A stretch of DNA of 64,000 nucleotides from the human T2T-CHM13v2.0 reference genome, Homo sapiens, in the NCBI RefSeq assembly GCF_009914755.1, contig NC_060933.1, one strand, 5' to 3'. This document shows positions 27,701 to 38,841 of the stretch, one piece after another; position 1 is the first letter of the stretch; each line of letters opens with the position of its first letter. The notes under the pieces were generated by a model. The model was given only the letters and a program-made list of their open reading frames with translations, did not search any database and had not been told where the DNA came from. A program made the translations under genes and the position numbers.

Positions 27701-29819
27701 GAAATAGAAAGTATGCTTTACATTGTGAGCTGTGAACAGTCATCAGTGGGAATGGCCACCTGAAGCCACTGAATTGAGATGACATCTAAGGCTGAGTGTG
27801 TGGGCTCACAAGGAAGGAGGATCAGGTCAATCAGCAATGCAGGGGTAGTGGCAGCTCTTGTACCAGGATTTGCCATCCTTACTTCCATCTTACTGGTCCT
27901 CAGTTACTAATCTCTATCTTTTATTTTGTTTGGTTTTCTATAAGCTTAACATGTATGGGAAGAAAATTCAGTTAAAAGGAAAGGCCTAGGGTTGGTATAC
28001 TCCTGGGTCACTGCTTCACTTGGTGATCCAGGGGCAGTCAGTTCTTATTTTTCATATATGACCTAAAGGAACCAAACTGGGTAGCCTCTGGAATTAAATA
28101 ATTGTGTGCATAAATATATATACACATTTTAATAAAATAGTTTTTACATTATCTTGCAAATTATATTTTATACTGTTTAATATTCTCCTCCTGCTAGTAA
28201 TCTACGTGAATGAAAAAGGAAAATAGAGGTATGGAAAAGTATGTAATCTTTACATAAAGTAGAATCCTATATTTACTTCCCCTATAGTTCACCCCTGCAA
28301 TGTCACTGTAATTTGGAAGAGCATTCCACTGGGATCCTTTGATATCAATGCCAATGATAAAAGGAAAGACTTCTTATTACTAGAAATGGAAAACCACTAT
28401 TATTGCATATTAAAGGAAAAAGGCTTTCACAGGAAATAATTAGTTCTTGCTCTGAATTAAGCAAACTAAACCCTTAATGTAAATGATAACTGAGAAAAAT
28501 CAGTTTCATTTTCTGTCCATAAAACTGAGGAGGAGGAAGAATCATATCTCATGTGGGTAGTCACCATCTCTCACCTATTATGGAGGTTGGATTCCGGTCC
28601 CATCCTGTATTGACATGTGAAGGGGACAGGACTTAAGGTGCATAGTAACTATTTCCAACACCAGCTGTTCAGAGTACTTTAGTTAATACCTCACTTCGAG
28701 GCAAGAATTTTGCCTTGATACTGAGAAAGAAAGGTGCAAAGGAAGGATCCTGCTTAGCCAGAAGAAGCAAAATAATGTATAGTAATGAAGCCAGTCTTAA
28801 ACACAGTTCAAGAAAGACACAGCTTTAGCTATAAGGCACTCAAACGTGCAGGATGCTAAGTGCCTTTCTATGCCATTTATTCATTCAATTCCCTGGCAAT
28901 AAACTACTAAGAAAATTTTAAACTAATAATGCATTTTACAGGTTGAATCTGAGGCCCTGATTTTCCAGAAAAACTTTCCAGAAAAACATGGTAAGGCACA
29001 GCAATTGGAGGAAAACTGTCCAAGCTTCTGGCCATCAAGTATTACACATTTATTTATTTACTTAGTGCTTCCAAGTTCAGGAGGCAGAATATATTGCTAT
29101 TGCCTTTAAAGGGAATATCTTCAATGTTTTGACCGCTGCTAACAAGATGATTAGCATGTCTTTAAACCATCTTTATTAAGCAGATGTTTGCCCTGGCATT
29201 TTTCCAGCCCTTCTTGGGTCATCAAGCCTAATATTCTCTTTTCATTTGTTGGTATGCTGTTCATTTCTGGTCCTCAGTGAGGGGACTGCTTCTTGACCTT
29301 GTCATGCACATGGTTTGATTTCATAAGTGAGAGGTTGGCCTATCTGGGATGGGTGAGGATATTCCCTTAGCCCTTGCACAGGTCATCAGTGAAGCTCAGG
29401 CAGCTTGAGGGGATAAGGCAATAGGGGAAGTGCTTCTTAAGTGATACTTTTTCCTTGGTGAGGACTCTGTTTATGTTTAGTTTCTTATGTGACATAATGA
29501 ATTAGGAACTAAAGGCAATTTGAAGATTTGTGCCCTATGTGCAGAACAGAAATTTAATGTATGAAAGCAAACCACAGGTCAGTTAGGAGAGTTGATCAAT
29601 ATTGATATTGCTCTTTAATGAAAGGAAATAACCCTGATGGATTTTCCTTGGGATTGCTGATGAGTATGTATTTGTACTCAACACATGGGGCTTTTCATTG
29701 ATCTCAGTCAAATTAAAATTTTATTAACAAGTCAGACATCCATCTGTATTTTTCCAGAAGTTCCACTGTTTCCAAAAGCCAGTTAATACTCCTGCCTCTG
29801 TTTCTCTCTCTCTGAATTA

Positions 29820-30050
29820 ACATTTACACATCCATTATGTGCCAAACACTTTCCCATGTTTTATCTCACCTAGTCCTCTTAACAACCTTGTAAGATAATA
29901 TTATCTCCATTTACAGATAAGAAAATCGAGGCAGAAAACAGCTAGGTAACTTTCCCCTTATCACACAGATAATAAAAAGCGAAACATGAGCTCAAATAGA
30001 TCTAGTTTTCTTTGACACTAAAGTTCGTATTATTTCTACAAACCTCACAC
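29820..30050 (-). mobile_element. MIR
   Basis: ATTATCTCCATTTACAGATAAGAAAATCGAGGC. Confidence 0.75.
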
Positions 30051-30136
30051 TGTTCCCAGTGGCAGAATGAGGGTTATTTTGAAGTATGGTTTTGTTTGAA
30101 TGGAGATGATATGAAAGGATAAATGACGAGGATGGC

Positions 30137-30191
30137 AAAAAAAAAAAAAAAAGAAAAAAAAGAAAAAAAAAGAAAAAAAAAAGAAAAAAAA
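30137..30191 (+). repeat. Poly-A / (GA8-10)n low-complexity tract
   Basis: A16 followed by four G-punctuated A runs. Confidence 0.95.
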
Positions 30192-31059
30192 TTTCCTATA
30201 CCAGCAGTTCAGGAACTCTTATAACCCACCCAGGAGGACCTAAGGACTGCTGTTGTTCCCCTCTTATTGAGAGAGCAGATCTTCATTGTCCATCTAGATT
30301 AGTGAAGGTCCAGAAAGAAAAACATGGCACCTCCAAGTAAAGTGACAGAGTTTAGCACATGTGACCCTAAAGCCTTCTGAGATTGGTCCCTTGGTTTTTA
30401 GAAGCTATAATGCAAATACAATAGTAGTTTGAAGTTTTCTACTCCCTGACTATTTGGATACAGTGTTCTCACTTTGTTCAAAGGCTGATTTTAGACATCC
30501 AAGCAACATGTACCAGGTTAGTTTGAGGTTTAATCAATAAAATTGACCAGGAAAGAATTCAAAAGCCACACCGTCTGATTCTATACTTCATATATGGGGC
30601 AGACACCACGCTCTTGTCTTGTGTTTAATCTACAGAGTCTCTGTGAAAACTGACTTTTCCTTCCCTCATGAAATTTTAAATTACAGCCTGCCTTATATTT
30701 AGTGGGCTGCAGGGTTACTATGGCAATCAGCTCCTGAAGTATAGGGATTTTATCTGAGCATTTTAGTGAAGAGTACATTAGAGGTCAGAGGTTTGTCTCT
30801 GTTCCTCTTCTACACATTGGGACCCTTTCCCCAAATGGATGGTCAGATGCATGCTCTCAATTGCCTCATAAATACACCACACATAATTTATAAATCAGCC
30901 GGACACTAGGAATGGGCTCTTTTGTATAAAGGAAATGAAGTATACTTCAGAAGTAAATCTGTGAGATTTCCAAAAATGGGAGAAACAGTTCAGTGTCAAC
31001 ACATATAGACATACATATAAACACATACACATGCATGCATGTGCATACAGATAAACACA

Positions 31060-31540
31060 CAGCAACTAATATTTATTAAGTGTTTCCTACATATCAGGTT
31101 CTAAGAACTTCACATGCATTAACTCAATTCCCTTAATAACCATATATGGTAGGTTACATCCTCATCCCTTTTTGTGAATGGGAAACTGAGGCATATAAAG
31201 GTTAAGTAACTTACCTTATTTAGCTCACACAGCTAATAAGTGGCAAAACTGTGATGTTAAAACTGAGTAATCTGATTAAAGAGGTTCTTCTCTGAACTAC
31301 CCTATGCTGGTTTAAGATTTGTGCTGAGAGCAGAGAACCTGGATATGAATCTTAGCTATAGCTTTGTGATCTTGGATGACAAGTCACTTCAATGATGCTT
31401 ACTTAGCCTCAGCTTCCTATTAGTAAACTGTGGTTAATAATATCAACCCTACACAATGGTTGAGGGGAGTTAATGAGAAAAATGTATGTAAAGTGCTTTA
31501 CATACACTTACGAACTGTAAAGTGCTACATACATGTTATC
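31060..31540. mobile_element. Adjacent oppositely oriented MIRs (minus ~31060-31305, plus ~31320-31540)
   Basis: GGAAACTGAGGCA...GGTTAAGTAACTT, then GCCTCAGCTTCCT...GTAAAGTGCTT. Confidence 0.75.
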
Positions 31541-34450
31541 AATCCATTGTACATGCAGCACACAATACGTACTCTGTCTTTCCTACTTATACTTCTCGGT
31601 CACCTTGCCTCTCCCCACAATGAACTGAACACATAAAAACATATAATATGGAAAAATAATTTCCTAATACCCTTGAAACATTTTCATACGTCCTAATCTA
31701 ACTATTAATAATTGTATACATACATTTTATGTCTCAGAGAAAATGAAATAATTTCAGAGCAATGGTTACAAATTTTACCACATCAAGTTATGTGAAATGC
31801 ATGCATCTTAGAAGCTCTATGAATTTATATGCTTACATAAAAAGCATTAGTTAATAGTAGAGATGTTACTGCCATCAAGACAATGAGACTGGTGTACACT
31901 GGTGTTCCGTATCATAAATACACAGACTGGAAGTTCTCAATCATTTGAAGTAGGTGGGACCTTAACGGAAAAGAGGCACAGTGAGGAAGTGAGACACCAA
32001 GTAGGACACAGGGCATTGACCCTGGATTCAGAAAACCCAGATACAAGTCATCATCCATCCAAAAGTCATTGAATTCCTACCATGTACCAGGACCCTGTTG
32101 GTAGGTACCAGAGATGCAAAAGCATATAAAGACATGATGCTTTCCTAGAGTCATCCTGCATCCCACTAACTGTGTGACCTTACATCAGTCATTGTATCTT
32201 ACTATGAAAAGCCTTGATTTCCATATTAATAAAAGAAAGCAAATAAAGAATCAGAGAGGTAAAATCACCATTCAAAGTTCATGCATCTAACTGGTGGCAC
32301 AGAAAAAGGTGAGAATAAAACTTCAAACTTCCAATTTGGTACTTTCCCTGACCAGATTTCATCATTCCTTTTGCAATTCCCACCGTGGTTTGTTTCACAT
32401 ACTTAAGTTTGACTGTCACATGCCAAGATATTAGTTATTAATTTTTGAGTTATCCCAGAGTTTTTTCTCTGCTTTCCTACCAGAAATTTCTGGCAAGGTC
32501 TACATCAGAGTCTTCCTTTTCTTGTCCTCCAAGATGGGCGTGGTCTTGCACAGTTCCAGGGCTGTGCAGTGGAAGAATGACAGAAAAGGGGCAGAGTAGA
32601 GGACGAAAAGAAGAAAGAGAAAACAAGGGCTGTGGAGTTTTCATGGGTTGAGAAAGGCAGCTTATACTGTGTGGGGCAGTGGACTGGGAAGAACAAACAG
32701 AAAAACAAGATTTTAAGATTACCAGAGATTTGTGGTCCCTTTCATAATATTGAGGAATGCTAGCTTGAGTAGTTTTGAAGTTATTCTTGGTTGCCTGGGT
32801 TGTAGTCATTTAAGCACAATTGCTCTGAAATTGATCTATGAGGGTAACAGGTTTATGAGCCTTACAACAACCATTGGCTTCATCTTCTTAGCAGTGGAAG
32901 ACTGCATGTGGACCTTCCCAATGCATCTCATATGTGAGACTCAACCAGGTTTTAATAGGTGAGCAGTGAGCTGTGTAGCTCAACTGGTTGAAATCTAGTG
33001 ATGAAATGGTATCAGCAAATGGAATTGGGTCTTCTGAACACTGTCTTGTTAAGTAAATACCTATGTCAAAACTTCCTTCAAAGCTCTGAGTTAGAAGGGA
33101 AAACACACCTCCTGTCATTTATAAGCCTGAGCTCTGGGCTCTGGATTGTGGTCTGAGGGAATATAGAAAGAGCATTGCTCTTTTATGGGCTAAGGAGATG
33201 GAATTCTTTCTACTATAGATCACTGAGAAAATCAGCATAATATTTAATTCATTTTGTGTTCCTAGCTCTGGAGTAGGGGTCATAGCTGGCTCTTGATCTT
33301 TAGAATTTTATATTCTAGAAGCAGAGTAAGGTAAGGAGATTGGCTTTTACTGAGATCATGTGATAATGAGTTTATATTCATCATCTGTTTCTAAAAAAAT
33401 CTTTATAACACCCTATGTGGTGGCATTAGTATTATCTCCATTTTATAAATGAGGAAAATTTTGAGTTTAAATGACTTGCCCAAGGTCACAACATTGTAAT
33501 TATCACAGTATATTTTAGGCAGGAAAAGGAAATAGCGTATTTAATTATAAAGTAAATGCTGTAAACAATAGAGTTTTAGGGGAAGAGGTTGAACTGAAGT
33601 AAGCACTTCTGTTTTGACAAAAATAATTAGACACGTTTCTCTTTGGACTCTGAATTATTTTAGTTTAACAGTTTAGGTGTGATATAAATACATGGAAATG
33701 AGACAACAGAATTGTTATGACATTCTTCTTTTCTGAATGAGGAAAGAAGGTGTGTCTACCAGTAGTTTCTCACTCTTCACAACATGAGTGTCATAACACA
33801 TCAACCATGAGCATCATATATATACAACATGTATTTTTCTTCCACTTATTTTTGGTTCTGAATCTGCTGTGATGTGAAAGTGTAATAATTTTAGTCAATC
33901 AAAATAGTATTTCAAATTAAACAGCTCCACAACAAGGCATCAAACATAAAATTTACAGTATACATCCAACATAAAAGGTTAGGATATCCCCGATTTTCTC
34001 CTCTTGTTTTCATATTCAGTTAAGACATTGCATTTGGACTCAGGAGCCCTTGGCTTGAAGGCTAGCTTGAACAGTTTAACTGTGCATCTTTGAGTAAATT
34101 AATAATACCAAGTTTCTGAATCTTTGTTTTCTCATCTGTGTGATTTGAGGATAATTTTTGGGGGATTTTTTGACATTAATTAGCAAAACACAAGAAAAAG
34201 TGTAGTACAAGATAAGGCATACAGTAGGTGGTAAATGTTTATGGTTTTCAATTAGGGTTTATTATTATTACTTCTATGATGATGATGATTACTATGATTC
34301 TACTGGCTGAGAGAAAAAGGTAGCCTAAACAAGCAAAATCCCCTTGAAATTCCCCCCAACACTTCCCAGGCCATCCTGAATATCCCAGCAAACAGAGCAG
34401 AAGAAAGGTGAATGAAGATATCAAGTGCAGACAGACTCCAGTGAGGTGAA

Positions 34451-34567
34451 AATTGCAATGGTGAGAGGTTGATGGTAAAATCAAACGGAACTTGTTATTT
34501 TGTCATTCTGATGGACTGGAACTGAGGATTTTCAATTTCCTCTCCAACCCAAGACACTTCTCACTGG
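34451..34567 (+). other. Identity-informative SNP amplicon (recalled as rs7041158, C/T at 34542)
   Basis: AATTGCAATGGTGAGAGGTTGATGG...TTTCCT[C]TCCAACCCAAGACACTTCTCACTGG recognised from memory. Its distance to the 51-nt exon fits LINGO2. Confidence 0.7.
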
Positions 34568-35877
34568 AAAACTCTCACAATCACATTTATAACAAAGGAG
34601 AGGCAATGTTATTCTCAGAAATTCCTTTTAGAAAGTAAACTGCCTTGTTGGGGAAAGTATTTCTTCTGGGTGGTAGATGACTAGGCCCTGAGGAAATTGG
34701 TTTAGGCTGAATTCTTACTTACAAACCTTGGGGTGGAGCTGGCTTCTGGAGGGGGAACAGGAGAAAAAAAAAACAGCCAGAGAAGACAGAAAAGAGACAG
34801 AAGATGGTCCATTATCCCATGTTACATTTTCCAGTGACCACATTCCCCAACTCAACACACACACACACACAGAGCAGTTAATCTTCAGGACATCTTTAAA
34901 CAAAAACAAAAAAGAAAAGGAAAAACAAAACTAAGAAATAACAGGGGCAAAGGGACTGAGTACTTTTGAAATTAGCACCTGTGACCCGTGGAAGCAGGAA
35001 GTGGGGCAACGGGAGGTAAGCTGTCCACAGCCATTACAGTAGTGAATTTAGTACTCTCCGGTTATATACGCAGAGTTTGGGCACCATTTAGGAGTAGGGC
35101 CTTTAGGAGTGGGACTTCCTAGTACTATTTATTCATTCAACAATATTTCCTAAGGGTCTATGTTAGGAAAAACTGACAGCCTCTCACTGCTCTTGCACGA
35201 GAATGCACAGGAAAGAAAGGGACTGCAGGTCTGACTTTGAGGGAAGGTAGGTGCAAACAGATCATGGCTGGAGTATCAGGGAAAGTGCTCGTCCCTCCTT
35301 GAGCACTTTCTCCTTAAAGGCTGTAAAACTAGTTTCCTAAAGATGTAGAGGTATACATTCCAAAATCAACATGGTAACGGTCATTTGTGACATAATGCTT
35401 AAGACTGGCCAAACGAGCTGGAGAAGGGTGGGTTATACAGAAAGGAGAAAGTACATGGTATCTTTTTGGGGATGTTCTACTATCCAAGAAGAGGAAGAGC
35501 ATAAAAGAGGGCTGGCTCCCTGCACATCAGTTCCTCAACTCAGTCAGCAAGACCTGCTCCTTGGGCTATTTCCTATGGAGATAAGGTGGGGAATAGTAAT
35601 TCCCACTTTTTCACTCCATCTCACTTATGGTCGACTTTTTTTTGTGTGTGTGTGAGTTTCAGCAAAATTGTTAACTTTTCTACATGTCAGTCAACTACTC
35701 AATAAATGAAGCTAAAAAACCAACCTTCAAGGGGTACTTATGAGGATGAAAGTAGATGTCTTCTAAAATGAATAAAATTTCTCCCATAGCAAATATTCTT
35801 AATAAGTAGCTATTAGTTTTGAGTCTTCCTTGTCAACATTTGCAATGTGGCTAAATATGTCTGTAGTCAGGATATTT

Positions 35878-36041
35878 CCCTCCCTCCCGTCTTTCCTTCC
35901 TCTCTTCCTTGCTTCTTTCCTCCCTTCCCTCCTTTCCCGAGACAGGTTCTCACTATGTTACCTAGGCTGGGCTCAAACGATCCCTCCAGGCTCAGCCTTT
36001 TGAGTAGCTGAGAATATAGGTATGTGTCACTGTGCCTGGCT
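35878..36041 (-). mobile_element. FLAM-like Alu monomer with CT-rich decayed tail
   Basis: GAGACAGGTTCTCACTATGTTACCTAGGCTGG...TGTGCCTGGCT. Confidence 0.8.
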
Positions 36042-36468
36042 GACTTTAAAAGCTAGTTGCTTTAAGTATAGATTAGACTTTCAATTCTAGCTTTGTAAGT
36101 ACTGTACCCCCCAAACAGCTAAGACAATAGCTCTAGATCACTGTTAGATTAAATAAACAAGATATTTGGTTTGAAGACGTTAGCTTCGTATGCCAAAGTA
36201 AAGCATTCACTCCATCTCACTATGGTCAACTATTTTTGACTGTGGGAGAAGTGGGGTTGTCTATGTAGGTAACTCCTTGGCCTTGTAAGTGAATGCTATT
36301 GTGTTTCTCAGACTGTGGCCTTGGAAGGATCCAATTAACTCATGTGGAGCCCTAAAATTCCACTTAAATAAATCAAGTACCCAGATTCATTTATGACTCT
36401 TTAAATATATATATACACACACACAAAATCCCAAACCAAATTGACCTTCCCACAAACCTGTTCTCCCT

Positions 36469-37301
36469 TTTATACGTTAAGTTCTAGGGTACATGTGCAC
36501 AATGTGCAGGTTTGTTACATATGCATAATGTGCCATGTTGGCGTGCTGCATCCATTAACTCGTCATTTATATTAGGTGTATCTCCTAATGCTATCCCTCC
36601 TCCATCCCTCCACCCCACAACAGGCCCTGGTGTGTGATGTTCCCCTTCCTGTGTCCAAGTGTTCTCATAGTTTAATTCCCACCTATGATCGAGAACATGT
36701 GGTGTTTGTTTTTTTGTCCTTGTGATAGTTTGCTGAGAATGATGGTTTCCTGCTTCATCCATGTCCCTACAAAGGACATGAACTCATTTTTTATGGCTGC
36801 ATAGTATTCCATGGTGTATATGTGCCACATTTTCTCAATCCAGTCTATCGTTGATGGACATTTGGGTTGGTTCCAAGTCTTTGCTATTGTGAATAGTGCC
36901 ACAATAAACATATGTGTGCATGTGTCTTTATAGCAGCATGATTTATAATCCTTTGGGTATACACCCAGTAATGGGATGGCTGGGTCCAATGGTATTTCTA
37001 GTTCTAGATCCCTGAGGAATCACCACACTGTCTTCCACAATGGTTGAACTAGCTTACAGTCCCACCAACAGTGTAAAAGTGTTCCTATTTCTCCACATCC
37101 TCTCCAGCACCTGTTGTTTCCTGACTTTTTAATGATCGTCATTCTAACTGGTGTGAGATGGTATCTCACTGTGGTTTTGATTTGTATTTGTCTGATGGCC
37201 AGTGATGAGCATTTTTTCATGTCTGTCGGCTGCATAAATGTCTTCTTTTGAGTAGTGTCTGTTCATATCCTTTGCCCACTTTTTGATGGGGTTGTTTGTT
37301 T
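36469..37301 (-). mobile_element. 5'-truncated L1PA (about PA3-PA5) with 11-bp TSD and almost no A tail
   Basis: ORF2 C-terminal peptides in the ORF track (DPAIPLLGVYPKDYKSCCYKDTCT; [27 protein letters not shown]), frameshifted. TSD ctgttctccct at 36458-36468 and 37302-37312. Confidence 0.95.
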
Positions 37302-38042
37302 CTGTTCTCCCTATCTTTATAACTGGCATCACTGTTCATCTGACCTCGCCCACAGACTGTTCTTTCTCTACTCTTCCTATCTCTGTAACTGGCACCACTG
37401 TTCATCCAGTTGCTCAGAGCAGGTCAGCAGCTATCATTGATTCCTGTCTTTCTCATACCACCCTCATCCAATTAATCAGCAACTTGATTGATCACTTCAT
37501 CTTAAAAAAGAAAAAAAGATGAAACTATTCTTATCACTTCCACTGCTACCACCCTAGTTCACATCATAATTATCTCTTGCTTGAATGACTGCAATAGCCT
37601 CTCAGTCTTCTTCCTCTACCACTGCTCACCAACCTGAGCCTTCTATTTCCCATAAAGCCATCAGAGCAGTCAGTTCGCCCAGCTTTGTTGATAGTTTTGA
37701 AACTTGTCCAAATCTTCTCCACCTTGGGAAATTTGCAATCCTTCTTTCTCCCTGGAAAGCTCTAACCCAGGTCTTTGCATGGCTTGTTCTTTCACTAAGT
37801 TCAGCATTCCCATCAAGGGTCTGCTCATCATCCTCTGCTAGTCTTCTGATTTATTATTATTCAAAGCCTCTGTCACTACCTGGAATTTTACTGTATGCTG
37901 ATTTGTTCATTTTTGATTGCCTAGTTTCCCAACAAAATATAAGATACATTCAGATGGGGATTTTATCCTACCTATTGCTTCATCTTCAAAGCATATAGTT
38001 TGTGATCAAGAAGTACTTATTTAATGAATAACAGAGTGAATG
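37302..38042 (+). mobile_element. L2 3' portion (begins ~36425, split by the L1PA)
   Basis: GGCACCACTGTTCATCCAGTTGCTCA; CCACTGCTACCACCCTAG; ends near AATGAATAACAGAGTGAATG. Confidence 0.8.
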
Positions 38043-38046
38043 CTCT

Positions 38047-38049
<3 letters not shown>

Positions 38050-38091
<42 letters not shown>
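38050..38091 (+). repeat. (TG)n microsatellite
   Basis: About 21 units with one interruption. Confidence 0.97.
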
Positions 38092-38761
38092 CAGGAATAC
38101 AGAAAATATCGAACTATAGAAAGAACTATATCATGAGTGGAAAGTTCTGGCAGGCACTAGGGGATGAAATGCTCAGGCAGACATTAGGCCAATCCAGAAA
38201 GCCAGCATCATCACCATATATATAGAAACTGCATTATGATTATGCACAGCTGGAACCAAAGACCTATGTCCAGAACAAAAGAACACAGATAACTATGAGT
38301 TAAACACCGTGCTACACACTTTAACGCATTGACCCATTTAGTTCTCACCCCAACAAGACTGGTTATTTTTCTCATTTTGACCAAATGAAGAAACAGAAAT
38401 CTGGAAAGCTTAATGATGAAGTTCATGCAAGAAAGTTGTAGAACTGGGATTTAAACTCAGGTTTTATGATTTCAAGCCTTTTGCTCTTCCCCTAAAACTG
38501 TTGTTCTATGTTCTTAACAATAGTTGGACTAAGCTCAAAAGAAGGAAAAAGAGAAGAGAAGAGAGGAGGAATGAGAAGTGGTTCCAGCTCTAGGAACCTC
38601 AATCAAGCCACAAGTCTGCACAGATCATTCCCTATTGCTATAGTGCATACTAAGCAATCATTCCTTTGAATGAATTGTTAGTATTAAAATCACTCTCCTT
38701 CAGCAAATAGCACTGCTTACTTCATTTTAACTGATCTTTTTACACATACATTGTCCAACTG

Positions 38762-38841
38762 TTAGGCTGAGTCTTATGAAATTGCCAATATTCTACCATT
38801 TTTGACCTACAAAAACAGCATTTCAACAAGATTCAACATAA
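38762..38841. mobile_element. MADE2-like Mariner MITE (80 bp)
   Basis: TTAGGCTGAGTCTTATGAAATTGCC...TTTTGACCTACAAAAACAGCATTTCA...TTCAACATAA; decayed palindrome. Confidence 0.75.

Noticed and set aside
31060-31540. Inverted MIR pair as a structured RNA
   Set aside because: Copies appear too diverged for a stable duplex; a common arrangement.
36484-37332. ORFs similar to L1 ORF2 C-terminus
   Set aside because: Frameshifted pieces of a 5'-truncated L1PA; not an active element.
37585-37998. 137-aa ORF
   Set aside because: Lies in a decayed L2; low-complexity Ser/Leu-rich with no splice or family support.
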